Assembly: GCA_002633005.1 (NCBI GenBank)
Contig: NMRA01000051.1
Span: forward strand, 747,273-811,272
Length of the DNA stretch: 64,000 nt
Direction of reading: 5' to 3'
From: Phoronis australis
Taxonomy: Eukaryota; Animalia; Phoronida
A model generated the notes under the pieces. That model was not told the DNA's origin, ran no database searches, and saw only the letters and a program-made list of their open reading frames with translations. A program made the translations under genes and the position numbers. This document shows, one piece after another, positions 1 to 12,734 of the stretch (position 1 is the first letter of the stretch; each line of letters starts with the position of its first letter).

Positions 1-944
1 TTTCTTCATATGTTCTATACTTGCACATGTATAAGATCTTTGTGGGAATCGGTGCAAACACTTTTAAATAAAGTCCTCAACGCTCAGTACGTATTTACAA
101 TGTAGGATGTTGTAGGACTTTGGAGGTCCGAGGGAAAATTCACATTACCTTGATTAAGACTATACAGTAAACGTCACTCGATGGGTGATTTGTGTTCAGT
201 GCGAAAATATCCAATGATGGAAATTAATTCTGGAAATCCATGTGGTGTTTCTTCTAATTACATAGATGTTATTAACCAGTTTAAAAAATTCGCCTGCCGA
301 GACCTAGAAATCAAATCCCGGTTCTTCCGAAAACTAGCCAGGCGTTTGAACCACTGGATTATTAAGGCTATCTTCCATCTGTTAGCAGATCAGGTTCTTT
401 ATCTATGATTACAAGGGCGAGGGACGGCCAATTTTGAATGAGCCCACACAGCAAGGTCAATATCTCAAAGAATCAGGGATTTGTTCTTGGCTCATTTTGG
501 CTGTGGTGTTGTGATTGATTGGTTGCTTGCACTGTTCGCCATACCGTTGTTTTAATTTGTCTCCACCAGTAACATTTCATGTTGAGTCAAACTGAAACGT
601 TGGTCGTGTGTGTGCATCGTACAAACCTTGCAAATTACGTATTTTAACTAAAAATATGTTTGGAATTTTCTGTGGACAACGTTGACACAGGTGTGCTCGT
701 ACTACATGTATAAGGCCTTAGAAATTTCTAGACACAGTCTTAATTTGAAACTAAGCAAACAAGATTTTTTGCAAAGTTAAGGCGATCTAACGGAACGATT
801 ACGAGTTTAAAAAACGCCGTCATGTAACAATAAACGTTTGTGCATTATTTTAGGGCACGTAATACGATTCTCTGATCATGGAGGATTTTGAAAATATTTA
901 TTTTTTTGGATTTGCACTTAATACTTGTTAAGTTATCTAAACAT

Positions 945-1089
945 TTCATTCTTGGTAAAGATTGTGGCCGTTTACCTCAAGGTAACGTCATAAGTGTACG
1001 CCTACGACGAACTATCACCTGATAAAAGGTGGCGGCCGCGATTTATCTAAACAGAAGACATATTTCTCACGCAATAACACAGTGAAACC
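945..1089 (+). promoter_or_regulatory. Proximal promoter/5'UTR of Link paralogue A with GATA dyad
   Basis: Alignable with 13800-13950. Contains CTATC-acc-TGATAA (1012-1025) and a third TTATC near 1043, all kept in both paralogues. Confidence 0.5.
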
Positions 1090-4000
1090 ATGGCGTGGAT
1101 ATGTGCAACGTTTGTTCTGCTGCTTTTGGTGAGTGCAAAAATCAAAAGTGTGATTCTGTGAACTATTTTGATGATGTCGTTTTTTCTGCTGTATTTATTG
1201 ACTATAGTATTAAGTAGGTCATCGGGCCATATAAACGGACGCTGACTTACATTGGACAAACAGTTGTTGCCCATAAATAAACTACTAAAAAATTGTACCT
1301 TCTGATTAAGTCACTAATTTCTAAGAAAAGTAACAAATGAACGGCTATGCACGTATGTGTTCAAGAGAAAGTTTTTGATTATTTAGTGCATAACATTTAA
1401 TTCTACCATGAAAGTATCGCGTTTTAAGAAAAACTGTAGTCAAATGATTGATTTACGCGTGCAGGTACACAGTGTCCGAAATAGGATTTACGTTTGACAC
1501 GTTAACATGCGCGCACCCAGCCTAAAATATAAGGGGGCTCGAATTTTCCGATATGCGGACCTTTTAACCTTTTATAAAGAAATCAACGAGGACTGCAAAA
1601 AAAAACTGGCCTACCAGGTTCAGGCCCAGGAATTGTGCTTCCCGTGGATTTTGTGGACTTTTGTCTCGTTTACTCGAACTTTTTGTTTCACTGAGTTTGT
1701 CAAACTGGGGGGCTCATTCGAGCCCCCGAACCCCCCACCCCCCGGGTGCGCCCATGGTTGAGGGGACGAAATCGGTTTTAACGGCAGAAAAAACGCATTT
1801 TACGAATTATTCTTGGATGAATAGAAAGGAACACAAAGAAATCTAGTAGATCAAGCTAAGCGAACTAATTAGAAAGTTGTCATTGATTCATTCAGGGGAC
1901 GCCCGTCCGTTGTGCCGATAACACAATTGACAAACTGGTTTCCATGGTAACCGAACTACAGGCTCAACAAAAGCAGATAAGTCAGCGATTGGACACCATG
2001 ACACAGCAAATCTCGTCGGAGTTGTCTTCTGTCACCGATAACACTGCAAACGCCGTGGCCGAGCTTTCTATCTTGAAGAGAACCGTGGAAGGGTTCGATG
2101 CCAGTGTCGCTGCCATCAACCAAAAGATGGTGACGTCAAGCACTTATAACGCAGTTGTACAAAACCAACAGGACCAGCTCTATGAACACACTCGTCAGTT
2201 GAATCAACTGGCGCAATGTTCGTGCTCTAAAGGTAAATTTCTAACTTTTCCTACGACAAATGCTCTGGAAAGAAAATTCACGTAGTGCAAGTTCTTTTAT
2301 CCAGCGTCTAGCACCAGGTCGAGATTGTTTCTAAGTGTCAGCTACAATTTCTCCCAAGTTTCCTTCACCCGGCCAACATCGTCGGTATAATCGCCTGAGG
2401 AACATACCTAGATAAAGACTTTGCGTCGGACGATTTATTGGGCAAGTTTTCCACGGTGGTGAAGGTAGTTCCCGCTATTTCGATGTCCCGGATGTTGTTC
2501 TTTATGGAACATGCTAATTTATTCGTTTTGGATTTATTTTCCATAAGCATGGGCGAACTTTAGCCAGTAGTGTGGTCAGGTAGGCCTATATTACCAGACC
2601 ATTCTTACACAAATATCACACCCTTTTGATCATACAGGGAGAGATGGGGGTTAAAAATGCTACATTAAGGTCGGAGTGAAACTCAACGAGAGTGGCTGTC
2701 TTACTTTTTAAAAACAAGGAGGCTGAGATTTAAAATCGTTTTTAGGCGTTAACCAACTTCAAAAATTGATTATTTCTGAACTATTGGCAAGCACTGTTAT
2801 TTGTAAATATAACTATATCCATCTGTAGTTTGACACGAAGAACTGAATTCAGACCGCAATATTGTCTCTGACTTGTTGAAAACATTCCTTATTAAAGAAC
2901 TGGGGATCGTTCCACGATGATGTGTAAGTTCAAAACTTGCGTAAAGTTGAACTCTGGAGGCAGACATTTTTCGAGAAGTAACGACTAGTCGGCTGCGGTC
3001 ACCGGGTTATTAGAATAGCAAGTAACGGACATACAAAACACGCGACGATTTTATGTGGAATGGGCCCCAATATTCTTAGAAAAGCACAGTGATTTAACAG
3101 AATGCTTTGAACTAGGTTTCATTGAAAGTGGATTGCATGGAACAAAAACCGCCAACGTCGAAGTCAGAGATGTTTAATATCAGCATTCAATGCAAAGCAT
3201 CAAAAAGATTGATATACCAAATTCCCTTATCTGCGAGCTGCAACACAAAAAGTGGCGCATCATGAGACACGTAACTTCACGTCCATTAGCAACAGAATGT
3301 CTAATCGTTGTCCACATTGATATGTACTTCGAGCCAACAAGCATTGACCAAATAGCAATGTTAATTCACAATTTATCTTAAAAGATAATGGAAAGAGAAA
3401 GTGCATGTTTTTTAATTCGAAAGGCCGACAGTCAGCTTTTTTGGACTATTGCCCCTTTAAATTATCGACCGAGACCAGGTTTGAGCAAAATGATCATGTC
3501 CCTTCAGAGTGCAAAATATTGTCTATTTCCCCCAGCTAGGCATCCTATTTTCACGTATTACGTGTTACCACCGCTATTTCAGACAAGCTTGACGTCGTGG
3601 GAACAATGATATTTCTTTCTTTACTATGACGCATTTTTCTACCCATTCTCAAAAGAGAGTCCCCATGACTCCTTACAATTGCAAACTGACCTAAACAAAC
3701 TCTATGACTGGTCTTGCAAATGGAAGATGAAATTTAAATCTGAAACAGTGTTGATCTTATATTTTCTAAGTCTAATAATACTCAATTCCAAACAAATCCA
3801 ATGCTGGATTTATCACTCAATGGGGAAGTTCCCAATAAGTTCACACACAAACACCTTGGATTGCTACTAGACCACAAGCTTACATTTACTCCTCACTGTC
3901 GCGAACTCGTTCACAAAGAACACAAATTAATCAATCCAATTACAATTGTCACTCGTCATCTCAACTCCATGCATCTTGAAACCCGGTTCAAGTCTTTTGT

Positions 4001-6399
4001 TATTCCACATCTAGATTACTGTGACATAATCTACCAATCGGCAAACGCTGGCATACTTCTTCAATTAGAAAGACTACAATACGAAGCAGCTTTAGCCATA
4101 ACCGGGGCATACAAAGGATCCAACACAATCAAGGTTCTAAACAGTCTCAACTGGAGCAAACTAGCCATCCGTCGTAAACTCCACTTGTCCATGTATACAT
4201 TCAAAGTCTTAACCAACATAAACAATTACTCAAACAAAATCCTCTTTGACTCCTACAAAAGACCTAACACGAGACCAGGACTGCGGCAAAGTAATATGCA
4301 TACTATTCCATCTTCCCTCAGCCAAGCCTTCAGGAAATCTACCATATTAACTTGTATTGACAACTGAAATTCCTTACCATCCAAAATAAAAGAAAGCACT
4401 TCAATCGTCACTCTAAAAAATAACTTTAAAATGCATACTACTACTCAAGAGTTGCCAGTCCCATTGACATCGTTCCAACTTCCTCGCAACCACGAAATAA
4501 TCAGATCTAGATGCAGTCTATTCCTAAACAACGAGAAATTTAGACATAATTTTAACAATATTTCGCCTCTGTGTTGCTGTGGAGATGCACAGACAAATGC
4601 TCATGTTTTCTTTGCTTGCGAGGTATGCAAGGAGCAGAGGGTACAGCTTTTCCAGACACTCGAACAATACCCCAATATTTATAAAAAATATTCTGAAATT
4701 CCGCAAGTGTACAACAAAATAATTTTTTCTATATGGAAGTCAAGAACTCAACCCAAATGAAAATAAGGTTTTATTCGAAACAGTATCAAAATTTCTTTAT
4801 AATATTAAATCTCTTTGTGTGAGTGGATAGAATTGTATAAATGTGTAATTAATGAAAATGATCTATTTACTTTCGTAATCATATGTCATTGTAATCTTAA
4901 CAACAGTTTTTTTTAATTTATGTATTTGTTTAAAATAATTGTATACAGATTTCCTTTTTATGTATTTGTGTAAAATAATTGTATATAAATTTCTCTGTAC
5001 TTTTTTAACCCAGATATAATGCCTCTTGGGTTATGTATATTCATTGTATCGAAGATTTCGTAATAAACATTATAAAAAATAAAAAACGCCACTTTTTTAA
5101 CCTAATGGCTCGCCCTTTTCAAAGGCGATATTTTGCTTTGACAAAGTCTGTCAACCTGCCGGCAAATAAATGCGTGCTTTTATTTCCTTCCACCACAATG
5201 TCTTTATAAGAAATTGTCAATCGTAACTAAGGTGGTAGACAGCACCTGCCGGCATCAGAAACTTTGGTTTTGCTCCTTTTGTGTGAAGCAAGGCAACTAC
5301 TGCATTAGCGATGACTACAAGGCAATAAAACATTGGCTGAAATAAACCAAACTATCGTGGACAAAAACTGGTGTTTTTTCTATCAAATTGGCTTCCGAAA
5401 TTGAATTCTCCACAAAAAAAATTTTATTGTCGTTCGTTCCCGAAGAAATATAATAAATATTAGCCAAAAACGATGTCATTGTTTGATGTCAAGGGAAGTG
5501 TGGGGTTGAAACTGTATGATGTACATTTTGACTATACCATGAAACTACTCATGTTAAAAAGAAACATGAAAAGTACATAGGGACACATCTATAAAGTCGA
5601 CCTGGTACATTTGATAGAATGCCATTCACACAATCCGAGAAAGAAGGCGTTAAGTGGGTCAACGGGTTTCGTGCGTGTGACAAATACCATGCAAATTCAT
5701 GAAATATGACGTTGCTTTCGTAAAATATAACAATGGTACATTTCTCGCATGTTCATTCGACGTAAATTTTAACAATGACATAAAATGTAACAACTGTTAC
5801 ATTTTACGAAATTGTTACATTTTACGGCGTATCAGTGCCTAACTGTGCGCATGCCCATGTCACTTCTACAGGACGCTGCTCTAAGCCAAAGCTCTTCTTC
5901 TTAAAGTCGCTGGACTCGCTTTTTGTGATTAAGACAGTTGAATTTAAAGTTAAATATGAACCGGAATCGACGCATTCAAGGTTGTGTGAAAACTCGTACT
6001 TACATGTAGGCTCCAAACAAACAAAATCAAACAAAAATGATAAAACTGGAAGGTTCGACAATTTTAAGAAAATCGTTGACAGAAATGCTTTAAAAGCTTA
6101 ATTAAATTTCAGCTGGAGACAGAGTATTCTTCTTACGCCACCCTAACGGCCACTACAAGTTCACTCTCGCAGAAGCACAGCAGGCCTGTGAAGAAAGTGG
6201 CGCAAGGCTGGCTTCGGTCCAGCAGCTCCAAGAGGCGTGGAAGCAAGGCTTTGATATGTGCGCGTGTGGTTGGCTCATCGATGGCTCGAGCAAGTACCCC
6301 ACTCGCTGGGCGCGGAAAGGATGTGGTTCACGATCGGGAATTAATGATTGCGGAAAGCCGAAGTTATCAGATGCCTACTGCTATTACCACAAAATTTAG
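1090..6399 (+). CDS. Secreted coiled-coil + Link (Xlink) module protein, paralogue A (220 aa, 3 exons)
   Basis: Exons 1090-1128 (MAWICATFVLLLL, donor GTGAGT), 1896-2232 (GTPVRCADNTIDKLVSMVTELQAQQKQISQRLD...LNQLAQCSCSK) and 6113-6399 (AGDRVFFLRHPNGHYKFTLAEAQQACEESGARLASVQQLQEAWKQGFDMCACGWLIDGSSKYPTRWARKGCGSRSGINDCGKPKLSDAYCYYHKI*). Phases 0 and 1 are compatible. Exon 3 aligns nearly gaplessly to the recalled TSG-6 Link module (YKLTYAEAKAVC...LAT..QL..A...GF..C.AGW...G...YP...CG...DAYC). AATAAA at 6545. Confidence 0.92.
1506..1756. mobile_element. MITE with 5-bp TSD in intron 1 of Link paralogue A
   Basis: TIR CATG(C/G)GCGCACCC; flanks GTTAA/GTTGA. Absent from the alignable position in paralogue B (about 14350-14370). 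Confidence 0.7.
3640..5086 (+). mobile_element. 5'-truncated, frameshifted non-LTR retrotransposon (CR1/L2-group LINE) 3' end
   Basis: RT C-terminal motifs LQTDLNKLYDWSCKWKMKF, HKHLGLLLDHKLTF, FVIPHLDYCDIIY and LERLQYEAALAITGA; Cys/His motif SPLCCCGDAQTNAHVFFAC; AT-rich 3'UTR with AATAAA (5062) and an A-rich tail. Lies in intron 2 of paralogue A only. Confidence 0.88.
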
Positions 6400-7565
6400 G
6401 TAAAATTCGTTTATCGTGCATCGGCAAGTGTGAAACTGATCTTTAAATTTTAGTACGCTTAACAGAAATCGATTGTTGATGTTCTAAGGATAAGAAGTTT
6501 TACAACTTATTCCTTGTGATCTCACTTTACTTTAAAACTAAAACAATAAAATTGTATAATTACAAATCCTCTTCTGCAAATCTTTTTGTTTACATCACAG
6601 TTATACTTCGTGTATAACCAACGCTTAAACAACTAGAGTTCTGGGACCTGTTTCAAGAAAACTGGCTCAGTTAAGACAAATTAAATGTAATTTTGAGCAG
6701 GTGATCAAACTTTTTACTTTGAAGCTTCCAGTGATTTATTCGAAGTTAAAAGAGTGAATAAAAACCCATCTGATGACAATTTGTTTTTGAGAAGAAGGTT
6801 TTCGGTCATAAGGCAGGACAGTGTTGACGTTAGTTACAAAAAGCGAGTTGTCCGAGTAGAAAGGGAAACTTTTGTGACAGAAACTTTCCTCCCTTTTATG
6901 GAGTCTTCTAGAAATACCCTAACTAACCACGCCCGCAGAAGGTAGCTCGTTGATCACAAATGTGCTTTCCTTCAATATTATAAACTCTTAAATGTTTATC
7001 AGTCACTGATAGATTCGATTTCCATGTCGATATACGAAATAGAAGTTACACTAAACGGGTAAAACATCACGAGACAAATTTTGCCAAAGTAAAAGGGCTA
7101 ATTTGACTTTTGATTTTTGTTTTTAGCGACTTAAACAAGGAGAAATGCAATTTTAAAGATCACTTATGACCACAAAACTGTTTTTGTTCATTAATTTAAT
7201 TTAAAAGATTTCTAGACTAAAGGAAGTAAGTTACAAATGCACTTGATTCGCCAGTTCTGCTGGGTCAAGCAACTAAAATATGTGATTGGTCTGTAGACCA
7301 GAAATTATCATAGAAAACCAATCGGGGAAGCCAATCACGTGTAACCGTTGTGGCAGAAGACTGAAAAAACAGTTGGAATTCCTGCGTTGTCTGGTAACAA
7401 CAATAATAGCTGTCAGTCAAGTGTGGCTAGGCCGATAGTTTCGTAGTTTCGTGACCACTACACCTCATAAAGGGGCCTTTAATACGACTTCATTTTAACA
7501 GATGCAGGACCATTTTGTGACAGAAGCACTCAGGTTTTCATGCATCAGTATTTTGCTAGGATAAT

Positions 7566-7568
<3 letters not shown>

Positions 7569-7648
<80 letters not shown>
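7569..7648. repeat. (CA)n microsatellite
   Basis: About 40 CA units with one interruption. Confidence 0.97.
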
Positions 7649-8297
7649 TGTACTTAGCTATGCAATTATGAATAATTTTTCGAAAGTTTCGTAAGCGCAC
7701 CTGTTTTAGGGCCTAAATTTTTCATTTTAGGCCAAATGTAACTTCTTTCCGTAAAATACTGTGAGACGATTTTAATGCACAAGATGTCCATTTGAAAACT
7801 CTTAGCATGTAGTATGATAAGTTGTCGAGAGTGGTTCCACGGTCTGAGCTGAAAGATGACTGAGCGGACCAAACTGCAACACTAGATCAAACTCGTCGAG
7901 CAGACAGTCGGAAATTCAAAGCATTTTTAGAAGCGTCTAGATATTGTAAAACGTTTAGTCAGGAGTGTCCCACACAGTCAAACAAACAGTGCAGGTATGT
8001 CAATCATTATCTAAGCAGCAAGTGGAAGAATACGACCCTTCCTCTTAAAAACGTCATCATGCGGCGCTTTTTTTCATACGAACGAATTTTGGCGCACCTT
8101 AAAAGCGCTACATGACTTCCCCAAAAGTGTTTCCGCACCACCAAAAACCACCTTTGCATCCCCCTCACTCTACTGGGAGAGGGCTTGGGTTCTATCGGCC
8201 TTCGTCCAAACCGCCACTGCAATCAACTCTATGGAGGGCATTAGTGGGAAAAGAATTTCACATTCGCATTTAGCGTAACAAAGTTCACGGGTGAGAA

Positions 8298-8470
8298 ACA
8301 ACATGACCGCCGGTCCTCTTAAATCGGACCGACTCACCCAAAACAGGACCTCCGAGGATCAAATGGGACCGTGGCACCAGAAAATGGGACTGACGCACCT
8401 AAAAACATGACCGCCCCACCAGAAAACAGGACCGCCGGGGACTGAACATGATCGCCGGGGATTGAAACCG
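8298..8470. repeat. Degenerate ~21-bp minisatellite
   Basis: About 8 units resembling AAAACAGGACCGNNNCACCAG. Confidence 0.65.
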
Positions 8471-9377
8471 CAATGACAAACAAGCTTTCAGGCCCCTAGC
8501 CAGGGGGTTCGAGGGGTTCGAACGAACCCCCACCCCCCGCGGAAAATGTCCAGCCACAGCCTATCCGTTAAAGATAAGATACCGATGGACAACAACAAAA
8601 TTGATGCAGCTACTGGTACTACTAACTACAATTGTTAACTAAGTTAGTAATAATTTTGAATTTGCTTCTGATTCAAAGCGCTTCACGTTATCATCGAGCC
8701 GTGCATTACCCGGCCCACTTCGCCCGAGGGGTATTTGCGTAAATGACAGGATCGTGCAGACGATTAGAGGAGGCTTTATGTTACTCATCGGCATTGAACA
8801 CGCGTGGTGGTTACACCGTAAGGAAACAAGGGAGTCTAGAAGTAAATGTCTATACGTAGCTAAGCTATATAGCAGCGAGATAGCACACAAAAAGTCACAT
8901 TGCGGTGTGAATGTCTTAAAATCGACCGTGAGCAGAAAATAGGTTTGTTATCTGATATTGCTTGCTAGCACAGTACAGTAAAGGGCAGGTGTTTCCAAAT
9001 TTGGAATTGAAATGTTCGTAAAATACAAGTATATTTTCGTCATATAGTGTCCAATTCGAGAGTGGATTTGTGGGTTGACATGCATTCGTGTACACGTACA
9101 TGTATGTGCATTTCCGTCGTTTAATATTCAATAGAAGTCGACTGTAAGTTATAGACAGCCCTCCGTCGTTACTCAAAAACCTGAATTTAACTATACCCGT
9201 GTTTGCTTGCTCTGAGAAAACACTGATCGAAGAGCACGTTAACATTTGGGGGGGGGGGAAGTAGGTCTAAACCCAATAAAAATTCTGGTCAATGGAGATA
9301 TAGACTTCTCTTGCCACTAGTGTCAATGGTGCACAGCTCCCCACACATCATGCGAGCATCCAGATAAGATTTCTAAG

Positions 9378-9614
9378 CAGAGGCGGGTCTGCGGAGATGT
9401 GTTCGGGGGGTACAAACGCTCCCTTCGGGACAGGATCAAAAATAAAAATTAAAAAACTGTCACCAGGTAAACAAAATCAGGTACTAAAAACCAAACAAAA
9501 TCTTACACAGGAGAGAGAACTCCCTCCCGACCTTCCCTACGCTCGGCGCTACGCGCCTCGGATTCAGGCGAATCCTACCTCCCACCCCTTACTGAAAACG
9601 TAGATCTGACACTG
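9378..9614. mobile_element. MITE (CAG-terminal) with 5-bp TSD
   Basis: Imperfect TIR CAGAGGCGGGTCT / AGATCTGACACTG; flanks CTAAG/CCAAG. Confidence 0.55.
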
Positions 9615-11424
9615 CCAAGGTTAGATGCCACAATTCGGAAGGTGCACTATTCCGAAGCTTCACTACTTCAAAGGTTTGCCACCTTCGAAAATTCACTATT
9701 TCGAATGTTCACAATTCCAGAACCAGAACTCCGACAGTTACCGTTTTTACTTGGGTCTCTCTCAAACAGTAGTCCAGACCTCAAACCACTGAGCCAAACA
9801 ATTCATTACTCTGATTGTCTGCTACTGAGTCGTAACAAACGTGAATAGATTATTGTATTTGTGTCCATTTAGTAACCATGTAAAAGGGTGTGCAAAAAGT
9901 TGACTAGTTCTTACTACATTGACTTCATTGTTGAGATCGGTTCCAGTCACTGCCAATCGTGATACTTGAATCTAATTAACGACTCATTCTCAATTAGGGG
10001 AAACATCTGGGGCACGGCTACGGGCTGCAGCGACCAAAGGTTTCAAATTAAAGAAATCTACAATTCCTCTAAGAATTGTTTTGACGGTTGAACAAGTTTT
10101 TTTGGCTCATTTCTAAGAGTGTGATGTTTATTAAACGCACGTCACTGAATCACCGCTACCATTTTAATTACCGCGGTCTATACATGAAAACTATGTTGAT
10201 TGACAGCGCGTTTACCTTGGTGTAAATCCGAACGAACGACAACAAGCGAAAATTCACTGAGTTTCCGAATACCTGTATCCATTCTAAATATGGCCGAAAT
10301 AACTACATGTATCATTGCTTTTGGGCACCTCGATTTCAAGACGAAAACATTTTGTCCTGTAGATCCCGTAATGTAGAACCAATTGCTTCGAAAATGTTCA
10401 TGTATTAGTTTGCTATTATCAAATGCTGTTTAACCACCGTAAGTTGTTTTTAAAACGACACATGAATTTTCAATCATGTTGGGGTTGCATCTGGAATCTC
10501 TAAGGTATTTTCTTTCAAATGACTTGAGACAATTTTTCTCTTAGACTTGCCATTTTAAAGTTATTTGACGTTCAATTTTAAAAAAATGCAAAATTTGAAA
10601 TTTTTCAAGAATTTGTGGAATTATGTGAAACTGCTATGATAGAGTTTTAAAACGACTTTCAGGATATATTTTCCTTTTTTCGCCTCCTTTTTTAATTACG
10701 TGGTATTTTCCGATGGCGTCGTTCCTTACTGTAGTTGACTGACTTTGCTGCACATCTGTTGGTTTACCTTCCGTTGAACAAGATTATATTTCTTATTCAT
10801 TTTTGACATCTTCATTCCTCATATGATCGTCATCATCACCATCATCATCTTCATTTATTGTCAAACAATTATCATTCAGTGTCGTAAGGTGTCGCTCTCC
10901 AGATGAGCTTTCAATGCATTCTCACCTTCTTGTCAAGCGTCATGTTATTGTTATTGTTGTATGGGGCTCGAGTCTTTCAGTGTCTTCGGTCGTGTCACAG
11001 CCTTAAATGTTAAGTTTGTTTACTGATGTCAGATTTTCTTTGTCAACGGCTGCCTTAAATTTTCAGTCAGTTTCGAACGCTTTTGGCCTGTTCCTTACCA
11101 AGATCGGGAATGATTTCTAGATATGAGCAAAACAAGTCGTTATCAGACGCAAGCTACTTAGGTTGCTTGTCACGGACACCAGGGGCCGTAATCTGTGTAC
11201 TAGAAAATGGAATTCGAAGTTAGCTTTTGCATTTTCCCTGTTCTACTTTCGTGCGAACTCGAGATAAGGGGCTATCACTCCAGGAGACCATTGCTTATAA
11301 CCACGTTAAAACACCCTAACATGTGTTCCTTACAAAAATGGTTTCAAAATATGGAATAGTTAGAGATTTATTCTTCTTGTTTCTTGTGCTGTAACATTTT
11401 GTGTTTTTGTTTACGTGATTCTAG

Positions 11425-11628
11425 GTCCTATGCTGGTTGGTCATGTCTGCCGTGTGGGGCTACAGCAAAGTTGGCATCGCCATGGTGCTCAAGGAGGTCG
11501 GTGAAACAGAACTCATGCTGGCTGGAATCTGTGACATCATCGCCTGCCTGGTGTTCTCTGTCATTGCGTTTTGTATTGTCAACCTTACACACACATTCCG
11601 AGATCCGCCACCTTGCGGCTACACCTAA
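11425..11628 (+). CDS. Orphan terminal exon resembling the SLC52 riboflavin transporter C-terminus
   Basis: Pyrimidine-rich acceptor ...ATTCTAG, then VLCWLVMSAVWGYSKVGIAMVLKEVGETELMLAGICDIIACLVFSVIAFCIVNLTHTFRDPPPCGYT*. This parallels the recalled SLC52A2 C-terminus ([58 protein letters not shown]...C). AATAAA near 11751. No upstream exons recognised in the window. Confidence 0.7.
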   Translation, partial: VLCWLVMSAVWGYSKVGIAMVLKEVGETELMLAGICDIIACLVFSVIAFCIVNLTHTFRDPPPCGYT

Positions 11629-12426
11629 ATCAACCGTCAGTTCTCGCCTTTTCGCTTGGTGTTCACTCCAGCTCTTGTGTTGAGATGGGTTGAGGTCAAA
11701 TATTAATCCAGGTGGGTTGAAGGTGATTAGTATATATAAGTTAACAAAAAAATAAAATTGAGTTGGATAACAAAAAAATACTACTCACATCCAACATTTT
11801 TCTTGAATAACAATTTCAATTTTGATCACTTTGAACACGAAACATACCGGTAAGGGAGCAACGACTATCAAGCAGAATAATTTCAAGGCATTTTCATTCT
11901 CATATAATTAGTCAACGGAAGGTTTCTAACTGTAGAGTACGTGGTATAACTACGTCAACTAATGCCTCGAAACATCGTTCGTGACGTTTGACTCTAAAAT
12001 CGCTAAGCAAATTGTTATTTATATGCGCTAACGTCGAAACGATACCGAAGTAGTTTACAGTGAAACAACACGTGTAGGTGAGATAAAATGTCATTGATAT
12101 ATATTATGACAAGCATAGTACCCCCCCTTCTGGTATCTTTGTATCCTAGAATCGCCACTGTACTGTCTTTGTTATTTTTAGGCCATGGTGGTGTCAGTTA
12201 AGGACTTTTACTGAAATACATTGGCTCCGCACTAAAATGTTTTGTGGAAGTAGAAAGCATGGACTCGTACATTATTATTTTTGATATTCTACGGATCTAA
12301 TATTAATTGGGTCAGTGACGATGACCGTGATTTTTAGTAAAATTTAAGAAAAAAGAGAGGTAATCAACCATATCAACAACACGATCAAATATTACATGAT
12401 ATAAATGCACAAGGTTAGACGCTGTA

Positions 12427-12577
12427 CAGTGGCGGATTTAGAGAGGAGCCAAGGGGGCCATGCCCCCCTAAAATTCTCCCAGATTCCATTTGACATTTCG
12501 GGGGTGCGAATGTCTGGCGGGCAAAATCCTGGATAATGCCCTGCCCCCCGTAACTCAAAATCGTGGATCCGCTCCTG
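12427..12577. mobile_element. hAT-like MITE, 5-bp TSD (family copy 1)
   Basis: Termini CAGTGGCGGATTTA / TGGATCCGCTCCTG; perfect TSD CTGTA. Homologous to 33985-34251 and 59548-59695. Confidence 0.8.
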
Positions 12578-12734
12578 CTGTAAGTTTTCTTCTAAATTTG
12601 TCTTTTCAATTTCGTTTTATAAACTAAAGAGTCTTTCCATGATAATGATAAAAATCCTATTTTTATACCACTCATGCAAACGTAGAACACTTTGAACACA
12701 ATTCTTGAAAGTGTCTTACAACATCTCTTGTGGC

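Noticed and set aside
300-368. tRNA-like A/B-box sequences here and at 32228-32290 and 51185-51256
   Set aside because: No complete cloverleaf, so these are treated as decayed SINE heads rather than tRNA genes.
6188-6403. ORF-track 71-aa peptide MKKVAQGWLRSS...
   Set aside because: Wrong frame over the Link-module exon.
8298-8470. Regularly spaced short repeats (CRISPR-like?)
   Set aside because: The units are degenerate and contiguous with no unique spacers, there are no cas genes, and the context is eukaryotic.
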